DNA of 64,000 nucleotides from Squalus acanthias (Eukaryota): assembly GCA_030390025.1 (NCBI GenBank), contig JASTWF010000331.1, positions 62,001 to 126,000 of the forward strand, given 5' to 3'. Positions within the stretch are counted from its first letter, which is position 1. Each line of letters begins with the position of its first letter. Positions 1 through 14,340 of the stretch are shown piece by piece. Position numbers and translations under genes: made by a program. The notes beneath the pieces are model-generated. The model was not told the DNA's origin. It searched no databases and saw only the letters and a list, made by a program, of their open reading frames with translations.

Positions 1-1000
1 GCAGGGAGCACAGACTGGGCACCAAGTAGGTGTGCGAGAGGCTAAAGCGGGAAAGAGTGATGAATGCCTAGTGAGAGAGAAGGTTATTGAGGAGTGTTTT
101 TAAGGCAGAGCGGGAGGGATCCAGCTGAGGGTGCGAGTTCGAAATGCCCAGGCCGCAGTTTTGTGATGAACGTCTGCCGATGGCGGTGCAGGATGAGCGG
201 TTACTGAGGAGTAATGCTGGGCCGCAGGAGCGGAGAGAGGAGCGGAGAGTGCGCACAGTGATGTGTGGCTGGAAGAGATCGCTGAGATAGAGAGCAAGTC
301 AGGGATGAAGGGATGGAAAGTGGCGGCAACGTTCTTCATATCAATTCACTGGCGCAGAAGGGGCGAGTGGAACTTCGCATGAAGGCAGAACACAGGAGTT
401 TGAACTTTGTTCAGGTCAAGAACTTGCACTGAGGCATTCGGGATACCTTTTAGATTGTGGAGGCGGGTTAATGGGGAGATCGGTAGGGAGAGCATTGGAG
501 AGATTGGGCATCGAGGTGATGAATGCTGGATTGGGGTTTTGGCAGCAGAGAGTGAGCAGGCAATGTTTGGGCGGTGAGAGATAGCAGGCTGGTAATGGAT
601 TGCGTGTGGGGGGAGGAAGCTGATCTCAGGGTCGAGCAGGACACAAAGGTAACAAACCTCTGGGTCTGGCCTGAGTTTGCAGTGGGGAGACTAATAGAGT
701 CGATGCTCGTATTGCGATGGTGCTTGTGGTGTCAAAGTGGACGGCTTCAGTTCACCCTTTATTTATCTGGAGTGGATTTTATCGTAGCGAGTTTTCACTG
801 TTGGACACTCAGTTGGAGTGCAGCTACACCCTGGGTTCAGTGAAGGAGGCGGAGAGTGCCATTGGCTACTTGTGGAATCGGGTCACATGTTTTCTGATGA
901 TGTCACAGAGGAATATCATGTGTATATAATGATCAGTGAACGAAGGACAATGCCCAGGATTGCATCATACATGGGCAGGAGGAGGACTCGTTGGATGTGA
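1..1000 (-). mobile_element. Degraded L2-like LINE fragment
   Basis: L2-like C-terminal remnant (...PSRSALKTLL), similar to 3460-4010. Confidence 0.55.
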
Positions 1001-1176
1001 TTCACGCCCCGGAATTCATCTTCTATGCGTCTGGAGATTACTTACCCAGGTGCAAAGCTGTCATCAAAGGGGTAGAGACCCGTGATGCAGTCCCTCCATT
1101 CCTAGGATTCCCAAGTCTTCCCCTGTGGAAGTGGGCTGCAGCATCTCTACCTACAACATGCAGAGACATTGTAATA

Positions 1177-2290
1177 CATACATAGATACATAGAAGATAG
1201 GAGCAGGAGTAGGCCATCCGGCCCTTCGAGCCTGCTCCGCCATTTAATGAGATCATGGCTGATCCTCCAATTCAATATCCCGTCCCCGCCTTCTCTCCGT
1301 AACCCTTAACCCCTTTTGCCTGTAGAAATATATCTAATTCCCTCTTAAATATATTTAATGAGCTGGCGTACACTGCCCTCTGTGGCAATGAGTTCCACAG
1401 GTTCACCACCCTCTGAGTGAAGAAATTCCCCCTCATTTCTGTCCTAAATGGTTTAGCCCTTATCCTTAAATTATGTCCTCTAGTTCTGTTCTCACCCGCC
1501 AAGGGAAACATTCCTTCTGCATCTAGTCAGTCTAGACCTTTCAGAATTTTATACACTTCTATGAGGTCCCCTCTCAATCTTCTAAACTCCAGTGTGTACA
1601 TCCCTAAACTACATAGTCTCTTCTCATAGGTCAATCCCGCCATTCCTGGTATCAGCCTGGTGAATCGCCGCTGCACCCCCTCCATGGCAAGAACATCTTT
1701 CCTCAGATGAGGCGACCAAAACTGTACACAGTACTCGAGGTGTGGTCTCACCAGTGCCCTGTACAGCTGCAGCAAGGTATCCCTGTTCCTGTATTCCAAC
1801 CCTTTTGCTATGAAGGCCCGCATACCGTTTGCCTTCTTGACCGCCTGTTGCACCTGCATGCTCGCCTTCAGTGACTGGTGTACAAGAACACCCAGGTCTC
1901 TCTGTACTTCCCCCTCTCCCAATTTATTGCCATTTAAATAATAATTTGCCCTCCCGTTCCTGCACCCAAGGTGGATAACTTCGCACTTGTCCACATTATA
2001 GTGCATCTGCCATTTATCCGCCCAATCACCCAGTCTGTCCAAATCGCTCTGGAGCTTCCTGGTCTCCTCCTCTGAGCCCACCCCCCCGCCTAGTTTAGTG
2101 TCGTCTGCAAATTTGGAAATGCTGCATCCGACTCCCTGATCCAGGTCATTAATGTAAATTGTGAACAGCTGGGGACCCAGGACAGATCCCTGTGGTACCC
2201 CACTTGTTACTGCCTGCCATTCAGAAAATGAGCCGTTTATTCCAACTCTCTGTTTTCTATCTGACAGCCAGTTCTCTATCCACGTCAATG
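1177..2290 (-). mobile_element. CR1/HER1-like LINE, 3' part, young
   Basis: ORF 1527..2288 has QGSVLGP and KFADD. One in-frame stop separates it from ORF 1272..1511. It has the typical 3' tail with (CTATG)-like repeats. Confidence 0.95.
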
Positions 2291-3459
2291 ACAGGGAAAA
2301 TTATGGGGATGGTCTAACGGTGTCTCCCAGTTGATGTTTCTCCATGTGCTGGCTCATTTTGAAGTGTGTATGAGGATTCTGTCAGTAGCCCTTGTCGCTG
2401 CTCCCCTTTGGTCGGGGTTCTGAGATGGTCAGGTAACAAAGTGAAGGAAGTCTAAAAAGGTAAGTGGACTTTTTCTCCCCCCAGGAATCCATTCCATCTT
2501 TACGGCTGCCTGGAAACAGCAGCCAGAAGTCCGCAATCCCGAGGTTGGTGTCACGTTGCTGTAAAGTGATCGCACTCACACTTATATCACTCCATGACAC
2601 CCAGATTCCATGTCCCCAAACTCCAGAGTGAAGCAGATGCCATTCCCTGTTAATTACAAACAGTTCCTTTTCCTCATTATTCCACCTCCATCCAATGATT
2701 GGAAAGTTTTGTATCCGCAAACATTTTTCTTGGATTATTGACCCAAAGATCTCTGGCGTTTTATGTTGGATTCTGCCCAAAATCAGTTTGGGTCAGTCCA
2801 TCTCTGGAGGGCGATGGCCCCATGAATATTCTGCCCCTTTCTCTTCTATGGATACTGCCCAGGCACAGAAACAACTATTCAATGGAAACAATATTAAAAC
2901 AGTAAATTTCAGAAAATGGGATTTAACGTCATGTCCCCCTCTGAAAGATATTTAACAAGTTTTATTTATTCATTCACGGGATGTGGAAGGCGCCAGAATT
3001 TATTGTCCATCCCTAATTGCCTTCGAAGGGGCTGAGCCACCTTCTCGAATACAACTGAGTGGTTTGCTTGGCCATTTCAGAGGGCAGTTAAGAGTCAGTC
3101 ACATTGCTTTGGGTCTGGAGTCATATGTAGGCCAGACCGGGTACAGATGAAAGATTTACGTCCCTACTGAACATTAGTGATCCAGTTTGTTTTTTACGAC
3201 AATTGTGGTCACCAGTACTGATACAACCTTTCCAGATATGTTTAATATATAGAAACCCCGAGAGATCAGCCGCTGTCCGTTCCCAAGCTACTTCATGCTG
3301 TTCTTGTGGTTGCTGCTGGAATATTGCGGGTGATTCTCTTCCAATCTTTGGTAATCTCCCTCTTCGAACTCTTCAATTGTTTTATTTTAGCACATCTTTG
3401 AAGATCAGGACTACAGTTCAGATGTCACATATTTCCTAATTGCACCTTTGCAGGACTGT

Positions 3460-4010
3460 ACAAGAGACAAGAGAGTGACACCAGAGAGGTAGGACATGCT
3501 CCGAAACATTGAGCAGGTGGGAGGTAGGGTAAACGGTAAAGAGCGGTAGGGTGATGGGCGCCTAGTGAGATAGAATGGTATTGAGGAGGGTTTTGAATGC
3601 ATGGAGGGAGGGGACCAGATGGAGGGCGGCAGTTCCAGATGTCCAGGATGCAGGGGCTTGAGGAATGTCTACAGATGTTGGAGCAGAGGGAGCGGTGAAT
3701 GAGGAGTAATCTGATGTCACAGGAGTGGAGAGAGATACGGAGTTTGTGCAGAGCGATGTATGGCTGAAGGAGATCGCTGAGAGAGGGAAGGAGTCAGCCA
3801 GGAAGCAGTTTGTGAAGTTTGAAAGTCAGGAAGTCCGTAGGGAGAGTGTTGGAGAAATTGAGCCTCGAAGTGATCAAGGCTGATTAGAGTTTTGGCCGCA
3901 GAGGGTGAACAGGCAGTGGTTTGACGGTGATAGAAAGCAGGCTGCTAAAGGATTGGGTGCGGGGGGAGGATGCTGAGCTCAGGATCGAGCTGGACACCAA
4001 GGTTCACAAG
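3460..4010 (-). mobile_element. Degraded L2-like LINE fragment
   Basis: Similar to 230-660 of this window. Confidence 0.5.
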
Positions 4011-4169
4011 TCTTTCTAAATAATTACTTTGTAACGGTTTTCACGGTACTGGGTGAAGGAAAAGAGAAGTGTTAGGAGGAAAACTAGAAATAATTCGAGG
4101 AGAGGAACTTACCAGATTTAAGATAAGTAAATACACGGTAATGGAGGAAACAATGAGACAGTGATTTAC

Positions 4170-7100
4170 AAATCTGCAGGTCCTGAAGGTTTCCACCCCA
4201 GGGTATTAAAGAAGTAGGTGAGGAAATTATAGGTGATCTAGTCATGATCTTCCAAAACTCTCTTCATTCTGGAAAAGTCTCCTTGATTTGGAAAATTGTC
4301 TATATTACTCCATTATTGTCGGACAGTCAGACTATGACATTATTGGCCTATTACTCGATCGTCTGTTCTGGGAAGTGACTAGAATCTGTTATTGGGAACA
4401 GAGTAACTGAGCACCTGGACAAATATCAGCTGATCAGAGAGAACCAGCTGGATTTGTAAAGAATGCGTCATGTCTAACGAACCTAGTTGAATATTTTTAA
4501 CAGGTAACGAATCATATAATCATAGAAATCTACAGAACAGAAGGAGGCCATTCGGGCCATCGTGTCTGCCGCCTAAAAACAGCTATCCAGCCTAATCCCA
4601 CATTCCAGCTGCTGGTCTGTAGCCCTGAAGGTTACGGTACTTCTAATGCATATCCAAGTAATTTTTAAATGCGATGAGGATTTCTGCCTCTACCACCCTT
4701 TCAAGCAGTGAGTTCCAGACCATCACCATCCTCTGGGTGAAACAATGTCTCACCAAATCCCCATTAATCCCTCTACAAATACTTTAATTCAATGGCCCCT
4801 GGTTGTTGGCCACGGTGTGAAGCAAAATAGGTCCTTCCCATCCAATTTATCCAGGCCGTTCATAATTTTATACAACTCAACTAAATTTCCGCTCAACTTA
4901 CTCTGTTACAAAGAAAACAACCCCAGCCTATCCAATCTTCCCTCTTAGCAAATATTCTCCAGTCCCGGCTATATCCTCGTAAATCTGCTCTGTACCCTCT
5001 CGAGTGAAATCATATCTTTCCTGAAATATGGTGACCAAATCTGTATGCAGTATTCTAGCTGTGACCTAACTATTGTTTTATACAGTTCGAGCATACCCTC
5101 CCTGCTCTTGTATTCTATGCTCGGGTATTCTGCGGCGAGTATCACACTTCCTGACTCCCAAACGACTTTCCACCATCTTTAAGTCACACGAACACTTGCC
5201 TGGATGAGTGCAGCTCCAAAAACTCTCAAGAAGCTCGACACCATCCAGGACAAAGCTGCTCGCTTGATTGGCGCCCCATCCACAAACTTAAACTTTCACT
5301 CCATCCTCCAACGTTGCAACATTGCTGCAGTGTGTACCATCTACAAGATGTACTGCAGCAACTCGCAAAGGCTTCATCGGCAGCAACTCCCAAACACACG
5401 ACCTCTGCCACCTAGAAGAACAAGGGCAGCAGCAGCATCGGAACACCATCACCTCAAAGTTTCCCTCCAAGTTACACAACATCCTGGCCTTGCACTATAT
5501 CATCGTTCCATCATCGTCGCTGGGTCAAAATCCGAGAACTCCTTCCCTAACAGCACTGTGGGAGTACCTTCACCACAAGGACTGCAGCAGTTCAAGAAGG
5601 AGGCTCACCACCACCTTTTCAAGGGCAAGTAGGAATGGACATTAAACACAGGCCTGGCCAGCGCCGCCCACATCCCAGGAACGTATAAAAAAGAAAGTAT
5701 CCCATATGACTTCTTAACCTTCTTATCCATCTGTGGACATGCACTCCAAGTCGCTCTGTTTCTCTACACTTCTCAGTATCATACCAATAAATGTGTATTC
5801 CCTTGCCTTGTCAGCCCTCCCCAACTGCATCACCACACACTTCTCCATATTGAGTTCAATTTGCGCCCTTGTCCAGTTCATTGATATCTTCCTGCAGTCT
5901 GCAGCTTTCCTCCTAACTATCAACCACACGGCCAATATTTGTTTCATCTGAAAACAGTCTTAACAATGCACCCTGCACTGAAGTCTAAATCATTGATATA
6001 TACCACAGAAAGCAAGGGAGCTTGTACTGAGCCCTGCAGAACCCCACTGGAAACAACCTTCCATCAGAAAAACACCCGTCAACTCTTACCCTTTGCTTCT
6101 TGCCACTGAACCAATTTTGGATCCAACTTTCCACTTTCCCTTGAAATCCATGGACTTTTAATTTTCTGACCAGTCTGCCGAATGGGATCTCGACAAAAGC
6201 CTTGCTAAGATCCATGTAGAATACATCAAACACGCTACCCTCATCGACCCTACTTGTTACCTCCTCAAAAAATTCAATCAAGTTAGTCAATCAGAAAAAA
6301 TCCATGCTGTTTGTCCTTGATTAATCCGGGCTTTTATAAATGACGATTAACACTGTGCCTCAGAAATGTATCCTGGAGTTTAGGTTGACTGGCCTGAAAT
6401 TACTGATTTATCACTTTTTCCACTTTAAAAAAAAGGGTAAAACGTTAAGAGACCTCCAGTCAACCAGCACCACGCATGTAGCCAGAGAGGATTGCAAAAT
6501 GATGGTCAGAGCCTCCGCTATTTCCACCCTTGCGTATCTTAACAGCCTGGGATGCATTTCCTCTGCGCCTGGCGATTTATCTACATTCAAATATACTAAA
6601 GCGCATAATACTTCCTCTCGTACTATGGTTATTTCATCTATTATTTCTCACTCCTCCTTAACTAAAATGTCTGCATCTACCCTCTTTTTTGTGAAGAGTG
6701 CCGCAAAGTCTCCATTGAGAACTGTCGCCACGTCTCCTGCCGCCACACTCTCTGATAGGCCCTTATCGTTCTTTAGTTATTCTCTTGCTCTTTCTGTATT
6801 CATGAAAACATTTTGGGTTTTCCTTAATTTTATTTGACAATATTTTCTCACGCTCTCTCTTTGCTTTCCTAATTTCCTTTTTAATTTCTCCCCTGCCCCT
6901 TTGTATACTCCTCTAGGGTTTCTGCAGTATTTAGCTCTCGCTATCTGACGTATGCTTCCCTTGTTTGCCTTATCCTTCCCTGTATGCTGCCTGATATCCA
7001 GAGGGTTCTGGATTTTGGAATCTCACTCTTGTCTTTTTTAGGCAATATTTGCACTGAACCCTCACTGTCTCCTTCTTAAATGCCTCCCACTGCTCTGACA

Positions 7101-7870
7101 CTGATTTACCTTAAAGTAGCTGTTCCCAGTCTAATTTTGATAACTCACATCTCAGCTTAGTAAAATTGGTGTTTCACCGATCGAGAACTTTTATTCCTGA
7201 TCTATCATTGTCCTTTTCCTTTACTACGCTAAATCTAACTGAATTATGATCACTAACACCAAAATGATCTCCCAGTCTTACAACTTACACCTGCCCAGCC
7301 TCATTCGAAAAAACTGTACACAACTGCCCCTACTCATGTTGGGCTTGCTCCGTACTAGCTAAAAAAGTTCTCCTAATTGCATTTAAAAATTCTGCAACCT
7401 CTATACATTTTACACCGATTCTATCCCAGTTAATAAGAGGGCAGTTGAAATCCCCTACTATTACTGCCCTATTGTTTTGAACTTCTCCAAACTTTGTCTA
7501 AATATTTGCTCTCCTATCTCCCTCTGACTATTTGTTTGACTATAGTATACTCCCACCAGTGAAATTACCCCTGTTTTGTTCTTCAGTTCAACCCATATGG
7601 TCTTATTTGATTATGCTTCCAACATATCATTCCTCCTCGCAGCTGTAATTGTTTCTTTAACCAATATTTAGACCCCCTCTGCTTTCCCCCCTCTCTATCT
7701 CGTCTGAATATGATATAACCAGGAATGTTGAGCTGCCATTCCTGCCCTTATTTGAGCTATGATTCTGTAATAGCTATGATATCATAATTCCACAAGTCTA
7801 TCTGTGCCCTCAATCTATCTGCCTTATTCACTAGACTCGTTGCATTGAAGTATTTACCATTAGGCACTGC
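4170..7870. mobile_element. Nested CR1-clade LINE fragments (4170-4510 +, 4520-5120 -, 5125-5690 +, 5700-7870 -)
   Basis: RT remnants TNLIEFFEEVT...MDLSKAF and MSAAPKTLKKLDTIQDKAARLIG, plus CR1 tails. Confidence 0.8.
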
Positions 7871-8039
7871 CAAACCAATTTGTTGTCTAATTTCTTTGTT
7901 TCCTCTGCCTTCCAAACACACTTACTAATTTTCTGCCATCCGTTGCCAAATGTTCTGCTCATCCCTGCCAAGCTATTTGACACCCTCCCCAACCGCACTA
8001 GCCTTTAAGGGGCTGTATTATGTGAATGATATATGAGTT

Positions 8040-8405
8040 TCAGTTGTGCTTGAGTTTGTGGTACTATATCATTCGGAGTTGCTGTATTAGTTTGAGGTGC
8101 TGTTTTGATTTGAGGTGCTGTGTTCGTGTGAGATGCCGATTAGTTGGAAGTGCTGATGTAGTCTGTTTTTATTAGATGTAGTCGTATTATCAGTTTGATT
8201 TGCTGTAACATTTGGAGGTGCTATATTAGAGTGAAATGCTTTATTAGTACGATGTACAGTATTAGTTTGAGGGTCTGTATTAGTTTGAGGCGCTGCATTA
8301 GTTTGAGGATCTGTATTAGTTTGAGGTACTGTATTAGATTGAGGGGCTGTATTAGTTTGAGGTACTGTATTAGATTGAGGGGCTGTATTAGTTTGAGGAA
8401 CTATA
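8040..8405. repeat. 18-bp tandem repeat, decaying leftwards
   Basis: Unit ~TGTATTAGTTTGAGGGGC. Confidence 0.85.
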
Positions 8406-8464
8406 GACACAAATTCTCAATTTAATTGTTTCACTGAAAAACTACGGTTAAAAAGGAAAGACAC

Positions 8465-8990
8465 ATTCCAGAGTGCAACAGAGTAGCTCTGAGAGGGACA
8501 CTCTAACATTTGGAACTTCATTACTGAACGGCCACACATAAACAGGACAGCGCTCAGATTGCAGTAGAGCTGCCCAGAGAGGCCACTCTAACATTTGGAA
8601 ATAATTACTGAATGGCCACAGTTAAAGATGGCAGCACCATCTCAGCGTGCAGTAGAGCAGCCCAGAGAGGACATTCTAACATTTGGAATTTAATAACTGA
8701 ATAGACAGGGTTAAAGAGTAGAGCCCTATCCGAGATTGCAGCCCAGAGAGGGACAAACCAATATTTGGAATTTAATTACTGAATGGACAGAGTTAAACAG
8801 GGCAGCACCATCCCACAGTGCAGTAGGGCATCCCTGAGAGTCCACTTTACCATTTGGAATTCAGTTACAGAATGACCACAGTTAAAGAGGGCGGACACAT
8901 CCCAGAGTGCTGCAGAGCAGGCCTGAGAGTCCACTCTAACATTTGGAATATAATTACTGAATGATCGCAGCAGAGTGAAGGACATCACCG
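8465..8990. repeat. ~87-bp diverged tandem repeat (~6 copies) upstream of the GPCR
   Basis: CTCTAACATTTGGAA...TACTGAATGG recurs at ~8501, 8586, 8674, 8757, 8845 and 8934. Confidence 0.85.
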
Positions 8991-9248
8991 AAATAACATG
9001 ACTGGATAAAAGGGTCTGATGGTGTTTGTAACAACAACCCGATTGCTGGGAGAATACAGCTGGCAATTTCCATTAGTGAATTAATGTGATCAGAATTCTC
9101 CAGTTTTTGGGTTTTCAATTTTAATCGCAGCACTAAATATGTTCTATCACAACAGGGTCTCAACTCGGCTGTCGTAATCTGTTCATGTTTTATATGTCTA
9201 TTTTGAACGATGTTGCAACCTCTATGTCCCCGTGGAGATCCTGATGGG

Positions 9249-9254
9249 TATAAA
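9249..9254 (+). promoter_or_regulatory. Candidate TATA box of the GPCR gene
   Basis: TATAAA 76 bp upstream of the ATG. Confidence 0.45.
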
Positions 9255-9324
9255 TTAAAGGCTCTGGGAATGTATCGGCTCAGATTGCCTGCAGCACGAA
9301 CGGACACAACGCTTCACACAGAAA

Positions 9325-9391
9325 ATGCGTGAAATATATCACAGTGTGGAGAAAATATACTACATAATCATTGTCATCATTGGTGTTCATG
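9325..9391 (+). pseudogene. GPR139-like GPCR exon 1 (MREIYHSVEKIYYIIIVIIGVH, start of TM1)
   Basis: ATG at 9325, hydrophobic TM1 and donor G|GTAAGT. Phase 1 joins exon 2 to give GVHVNLLAIVIL, which contains the conserved TM1 Asn. Confidence 0.8.
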
Positions 9392-9499
9392 GTAAGTGAA
9401 TATAACCATTGAAGTTGTGTAAATCTGTTAATGAGCTGGTTTTGCTCTGTGACTGATAATATTACATGCTGGTCTAGCGGAAAAGGAAGGGACAGGGTA

Positions 9500-9600
9500 C
9501 TGAATTTGGATGGTCAGCCATGATCTCATTGAATGGCGGAGCAGGCTCGAGGGGCCGAATGGCCTACTCCTGCTCCTATCTTCCATGTTTCTATGTTTTA
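9500..9600 (+). mobile_element. CR1/HER1 3' tail fragment
   Basis: CAGCCATGATCTCATTGAATGGCGGAGCAGGCTCG...CTATG, as at 41420-41520. Confidence 0.85.
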
Positions 9601-9799
9601 CAGGCACCCGATCAGTGATATATTTTTGTTAAAGTCCTGAATTCACCTCTGTGCTCTAATTCCATTGCCTCACATGAGAATAAAGCATTGTTTTGCAGGT
9701 CACCGCCTCGCTGAATTATCAATTCGCTGCCTTTAGTGGAATATCGTGTCCTATTGAATCAGTCCTCAGTGCAGGCAACTCTCTGAGAGAAGGTATTAA

Positions 9800-10350
9800 T
9801 GGGAGTATCTGTCACTTTAGAACTGTACTGAGTGTGGGTCACTAACCGGAGTGGTACACCTGACCCTCAGTTGTCATGTATGACTGGGAGTGTCTGTCAC
9901 TGTAGAATTGTACTGAGTGTGGGTCACTAACCGGAGTGGAACACCTGACCCCAGTGGCCGTGTATTACTGGGAGTATCTGTCACTGTAGAACTGTACTGA
10001 GTGTGGGTCACTAACCGGAATGGACCACCTGACCCCAGTGGCCAAGTATTACCTTGAGTATCTCTCACTGTAGAATTGTACTGAGTGTGGGTCACTAACC
10101 GGAGTGGAACACCTTACCCCAGTGGCCATGTATTACTGGGAGTATCTGTCACTGTAGAATTGTACTGTGTGTGGGTCACTAACCGGAGTGGAACACCTGA
10201 CCCCAGTGGCCATGTATTACTGTGAGTATCTCTCCCTGTAGAATTGTACTGAGTGTGGGTCACTAACCGGAGTGGAACACCTGACCCCAGTGGACATGTA
10301 TTACTGGGAGTATCTCTCACTGTAGAATTGTACTGAGTGTGGGTCACTTA
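9800..10350. repeat. 84-bp tandem repeat (~6.5 copies) in the GPCR intron
   Basis: GGGAGTATCTGTCACTGTAGAATTGTACTGAGTGTGGGTCACTAACCGG recurs every 84 bp. Confidence 0.93.
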
Positions 10351-11079
10351 TTGAAATGGAACAGGCCGGTTCTATTTTGAAATCATTGTTTGTGGTGACT
10401 TATCTCTCCACTCCATGAAAGTTCCTTCCGTGTTTTGCTGATGTAATCGATGGCAAATGGGAATATTTTTACTGTTGGTTGATGATGTTTGTGAATATGC
10501 GTATAAAGAAAATGCATTGATATTGCTCTGTTTCCTGTTGAACTGCACCAACACAAACAGGTGTCAACTATTTCTGACATGCAAACAGCAGGACAGCACA
10601 GTTACGTTATTCAAATATTCTGTACAATAATTTGTCTTACTCTGAGTATAGTTACTGCAAATACTTTGACTGTATTGAGGCTGATTAATTCACTTCCACG
10701 ATGCGGTGTGTGAATCTGTGGGCCATGAATGTTATTATCTTGGTAATACACAGGAAGAATATTGGGCTGTGGTTATTGATTATCCACTTCTGTACCTGAT
10801 TAAGGTTTGACGAACCAGTTCTTAACTATGATTCAGAGTCTCCACACAGGTAACTTGTACCGATCTCTGCCCTTCGCGCAGTGAGTTGTGTCCCTGCGAG
10901 GAGAGGCACGTATATCTGAAGAACATACATATCCGGGTTTCATAACACAGAGAGCAGTCCGGGGTAGTTAATAATAACATTAATAATGAAATAATAGTGC
11001 ACTGCTTCAATAAATACATTACTTCAACATCTGCAATGTTGTGAATCAAATGATGACTATGATTAATTAACACTTATGT

Positions 11080-12180
11080 TACAGAGAATTACATAGCATT
11101 TACAGCAAATAAACTGGCCATTCGGTCCAACAAGTTTATTTGTGGTTTATGCTCCACACGAGCCTCTCCCCATCCCAGCCCCTCTCACCCTATCAGCATA
11201 TCCTTCTATTCCTTTCTCCCTCAAGCACTTGTCTATCTTCCCCTTAATTGCATCTATGCTGTTCATCTCAACTACTTGTTGTAACAAGTTCCGCAATCTA
11301 ACCACTCTTTGAGTAGAGACATTTCTCCTGAATTCATTATTGGATTTGTTGCTGACTATATTATATCGATAAACTCAAGATTTAGACTCCCCCACAATTG
11401 GAAACAATTGCTCTACGTCTATCCCATCAAACGCCTTCATCCATTCAAATGCCTCTACTACATCACACCCTCAGACTTCTGTTATCTAAAGAAAAGAGAG
11501 CCAGGCTCTTCAATCTTTCCTGACAGTCAAAATCTCTCAGTTCTGGTGTCATCCTTGTAAAATATTTGGATCTTCTGCAGTGCCTGGATATCCTTTTTGT
11601 AATATGGAGTCCAGACTGAACACAATACGCTAAGTGAGGTATAAGCAAGGTTCTGTATAAGTTTAATATAACCTTTTTGCTTTTCGATTCTATTCCACCA
11701 GAAATGTAACCCAGTAATTAGTTTGCATTTTATGGCCTTGTTAACCTGCGTGGCTACTTCAAATGTTTTGTGAATCTGTACCCATGAAACCTTTTGCCAT
11801 CTATCCCATTCAGACTCTTATTTTCCAAGGATTAGTTGAGTTCATCATTCTTCCAACCAAAATACAGCACCTCACACTTAGCTATATTAAAATTAATTTT
11901 CCATTTAAACGCCCATTCTGCAAGTTAATGTAAATGGTGAACAACAGTGGTCCCAGCGCCTATCCTTGTGGAACAACACTTCTCACCTTCTGCCAACCTG
12001 ATTAAACACCTTTAGATTCTGATCCGTTTTCTCTTTGTGTAGCCAGTTTGCTATCCATTCTGATGCAAGGCCCCTAACTCCACTTGCTCTGAGATTAGTC
12101 ATGAGTTTGCTATGTGGTACCTTAACGATGGCCTTAAGAAAGTCAACGCATATTACATCTACTGCGTTAAACTGCTCTAT
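11080..12180 (-). mobile_element. Degraded CR1 LINE fragment
   Basis: PHLAYCVQ remnant and CR1 tail. Confidence 0.75.
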
Positions 12181-12939
12181 AGTGCATTGGAATTCGTCAA
12201 TCTTCCGTTTTAAATACAGGAAGAACAGTAGCTGTCCGACCAGTCCACTGGCAGTATTCCCTTTTCTAATGATTATTTTACCAATATATAATAGACCTTC
12301 CGCTGCCTTTTGTTTATCTGTTTTAGTCTGTGTGGATACAATCCCTCTGAACCAGAGGTTTTATCCTCTCTTGGATCACTTCATCAATTATCCCCCGTTT
12401 CTACCTTAAATATCCGTTAGTTGTTTGATGAATGTATTCAATTATTATTTGACAGTTTAGTTTCCTCCTCACAGATATCTTTCCCTTCTTCAGGCTCTGA
12501 ATAATCATATAACGATTCATTATGACCCTACTGTCCCACAAAACGCGTGAATTATTTCCTTCTGAGGTCGCAGCCACGCTCCAGATGTCCATTTATATTC
12601 CTGCCCATGTCAGTCCGCCTATCACCAGTACAATGTCCAGTAAACACGAGCTGTCCTTAAACTCACAGCGGATGAGACTTCGCCTGACAGACATCAAGAG
12701 GTCGTTGTCCGGCCAGTTTCTCTCCACCGTCTCCAGCTGGTACATTCCAAGGGCCCCATTTGCAATTTATTAGTTTGTTTCCATTCAGGCGACATTCCCA
12801 CTGTAACTGCTACCCTCTCACCGGCCCTGGGCTGGGAATGAAAACAACCGCTGGTTCCTGATCCTGACCCCCGTGCAGTGCCCCTGCTGCAAAGTACAGG
12901 AGCGTGGACCTCGGGTATGAATATTGGGATAACCCCACA

Positions 12940-14340
12940 CTCAAATGGTGTCGCTATGGGAGCCCGGATGGGTCCTAGCTAGGCTTCCTTTTCGTGGGAT
13001 ACGTGGAGCATTTGAGTTCCCAATCCTACTCAGGTCCCCTCCTTCACATATTTTTCCGGTACTTTGATGACTGTGTTGGTGCCATTTCCTTCTTTCGGTC
13101 TGAACTTGTAACTTTAACAAACTTTGCTTCTGATTTTTGCCACTCCCTCGCCTTCGCATGTTCCATTTTCCACATCAGTGCTTCGGAAATGTCTTCCTTG
13201 TTCCTCAGCCAAGGATTCCCATTCACTGTGCTAGATAGGGTCCTCGGCCATGTCAATCCCATTTTCCACCTTACTGCCATCAGCTATTTCGCTCCCACGA
13301 TAGGTTTCCCCTGTCCCCACCTTCCAGTCCTCCCACTTCCACATTGAACGGATCATCCTGCGCCATTACTGCCACAGCGAGCTAAGGCCCCCACAAAACA
13401 TATCTTCCCTCCCGTCTTCGCCCCGCGCGGCCCTCTGGTCCACACTTCCAGCAGCCCCAACTTCTGCTCCCGTTCCCCCGGCACCTTCCTATGCCAGCAG
13501 GGGAGATGCAGCACCTTAGTTTTCAGCTCCATCCTACCCACCGTCCAGGGGCTCAATCACTTCTTCCTCCTGAAACAGCGATTTAATTGTACTTCTTCCA
13601 GTTCAGTGTATTGGATTCGCTGCTCACGATGCAGTCTCCTGTACAGTTGGGTTTAATAAACAGAGTTTGGGTGATTGTTTTGCAGGATACCACAACCTGA
13701 GCTTCGCTTGCCAATTGAGTTCTCCATTCCAAGCCAACTCTTACCTCTCTATCGTCGGGCTCCAGGACTGATCCACTGAAACTCAATGAGGAACAGCACC
13801 GGATTGATCATTAGGCACTTTATTTCCTGCCGGACTCAACACTGAGATTAAAATCTTCAGATTATATCCACAGCTCCCGTTTCATCAGACGGCATGTGCT
13901 AGTACTGGAGATGGCTACACCAGAGCCAGTGGGAGTGGAGGAGGTGCGGGCTGGTGCTTGGGGTGAGGATCCCCTATCTGTACACGGCCGGTGGGCTGGT
14001 CCGCACCGCTTTTGGCTATCCACGTTTCTCTGTCACATTCCCCGACCAGTGGAACTTTCTCCTCTTTGCCAGATTTTACATGCTTCCCTCCCCCTCTGTT
14101 ATTCTGCTGTCACCATTTACACCTCCTCTGGACCATCTTCTGTTTATTTAATGTCCCCATTCGCCTAGCACAATCATAACTTACCTCGACCCAACTTTTC
14201 TCTGGCTCTATCATTGCTTAAAAACCGGTAATCTCTAGTATCTTCCAGTTCTGTTGAAAGGTTATCGACCTGACAGGTTAACTCACTCCACAGCGGCAGC
14301 CTGACTTGCTGGGTTTTTCCAGCATTCTCTCTATTTTAAC
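12940..14340 (+). mobile_element. Degraded Penelope-like element in the GPCR intron
   Basis: GYVEH...FFRYFDDCVGA RT remnant, GIY-YIG remnant and a decayed terminal repeat at 14245-14335. Confidence 0.85.

Noticed and set aside
8087..8410. PQTNT-repeat mucin-like ORF
   Set aside because: Translation of an 18-bp tandem repeat, with no splice or other gene support.
9800..10350. Regular array as CRISPR or tRNA cluster
   Set aside because: The whole 84-bp unit repeats without spacers, and I see no cloverleaf or B box.
14245..14290. Functional hammerhead in the degraded Penelope
   Set aside because: The core is mutated (CTGTTGA...GACAG).
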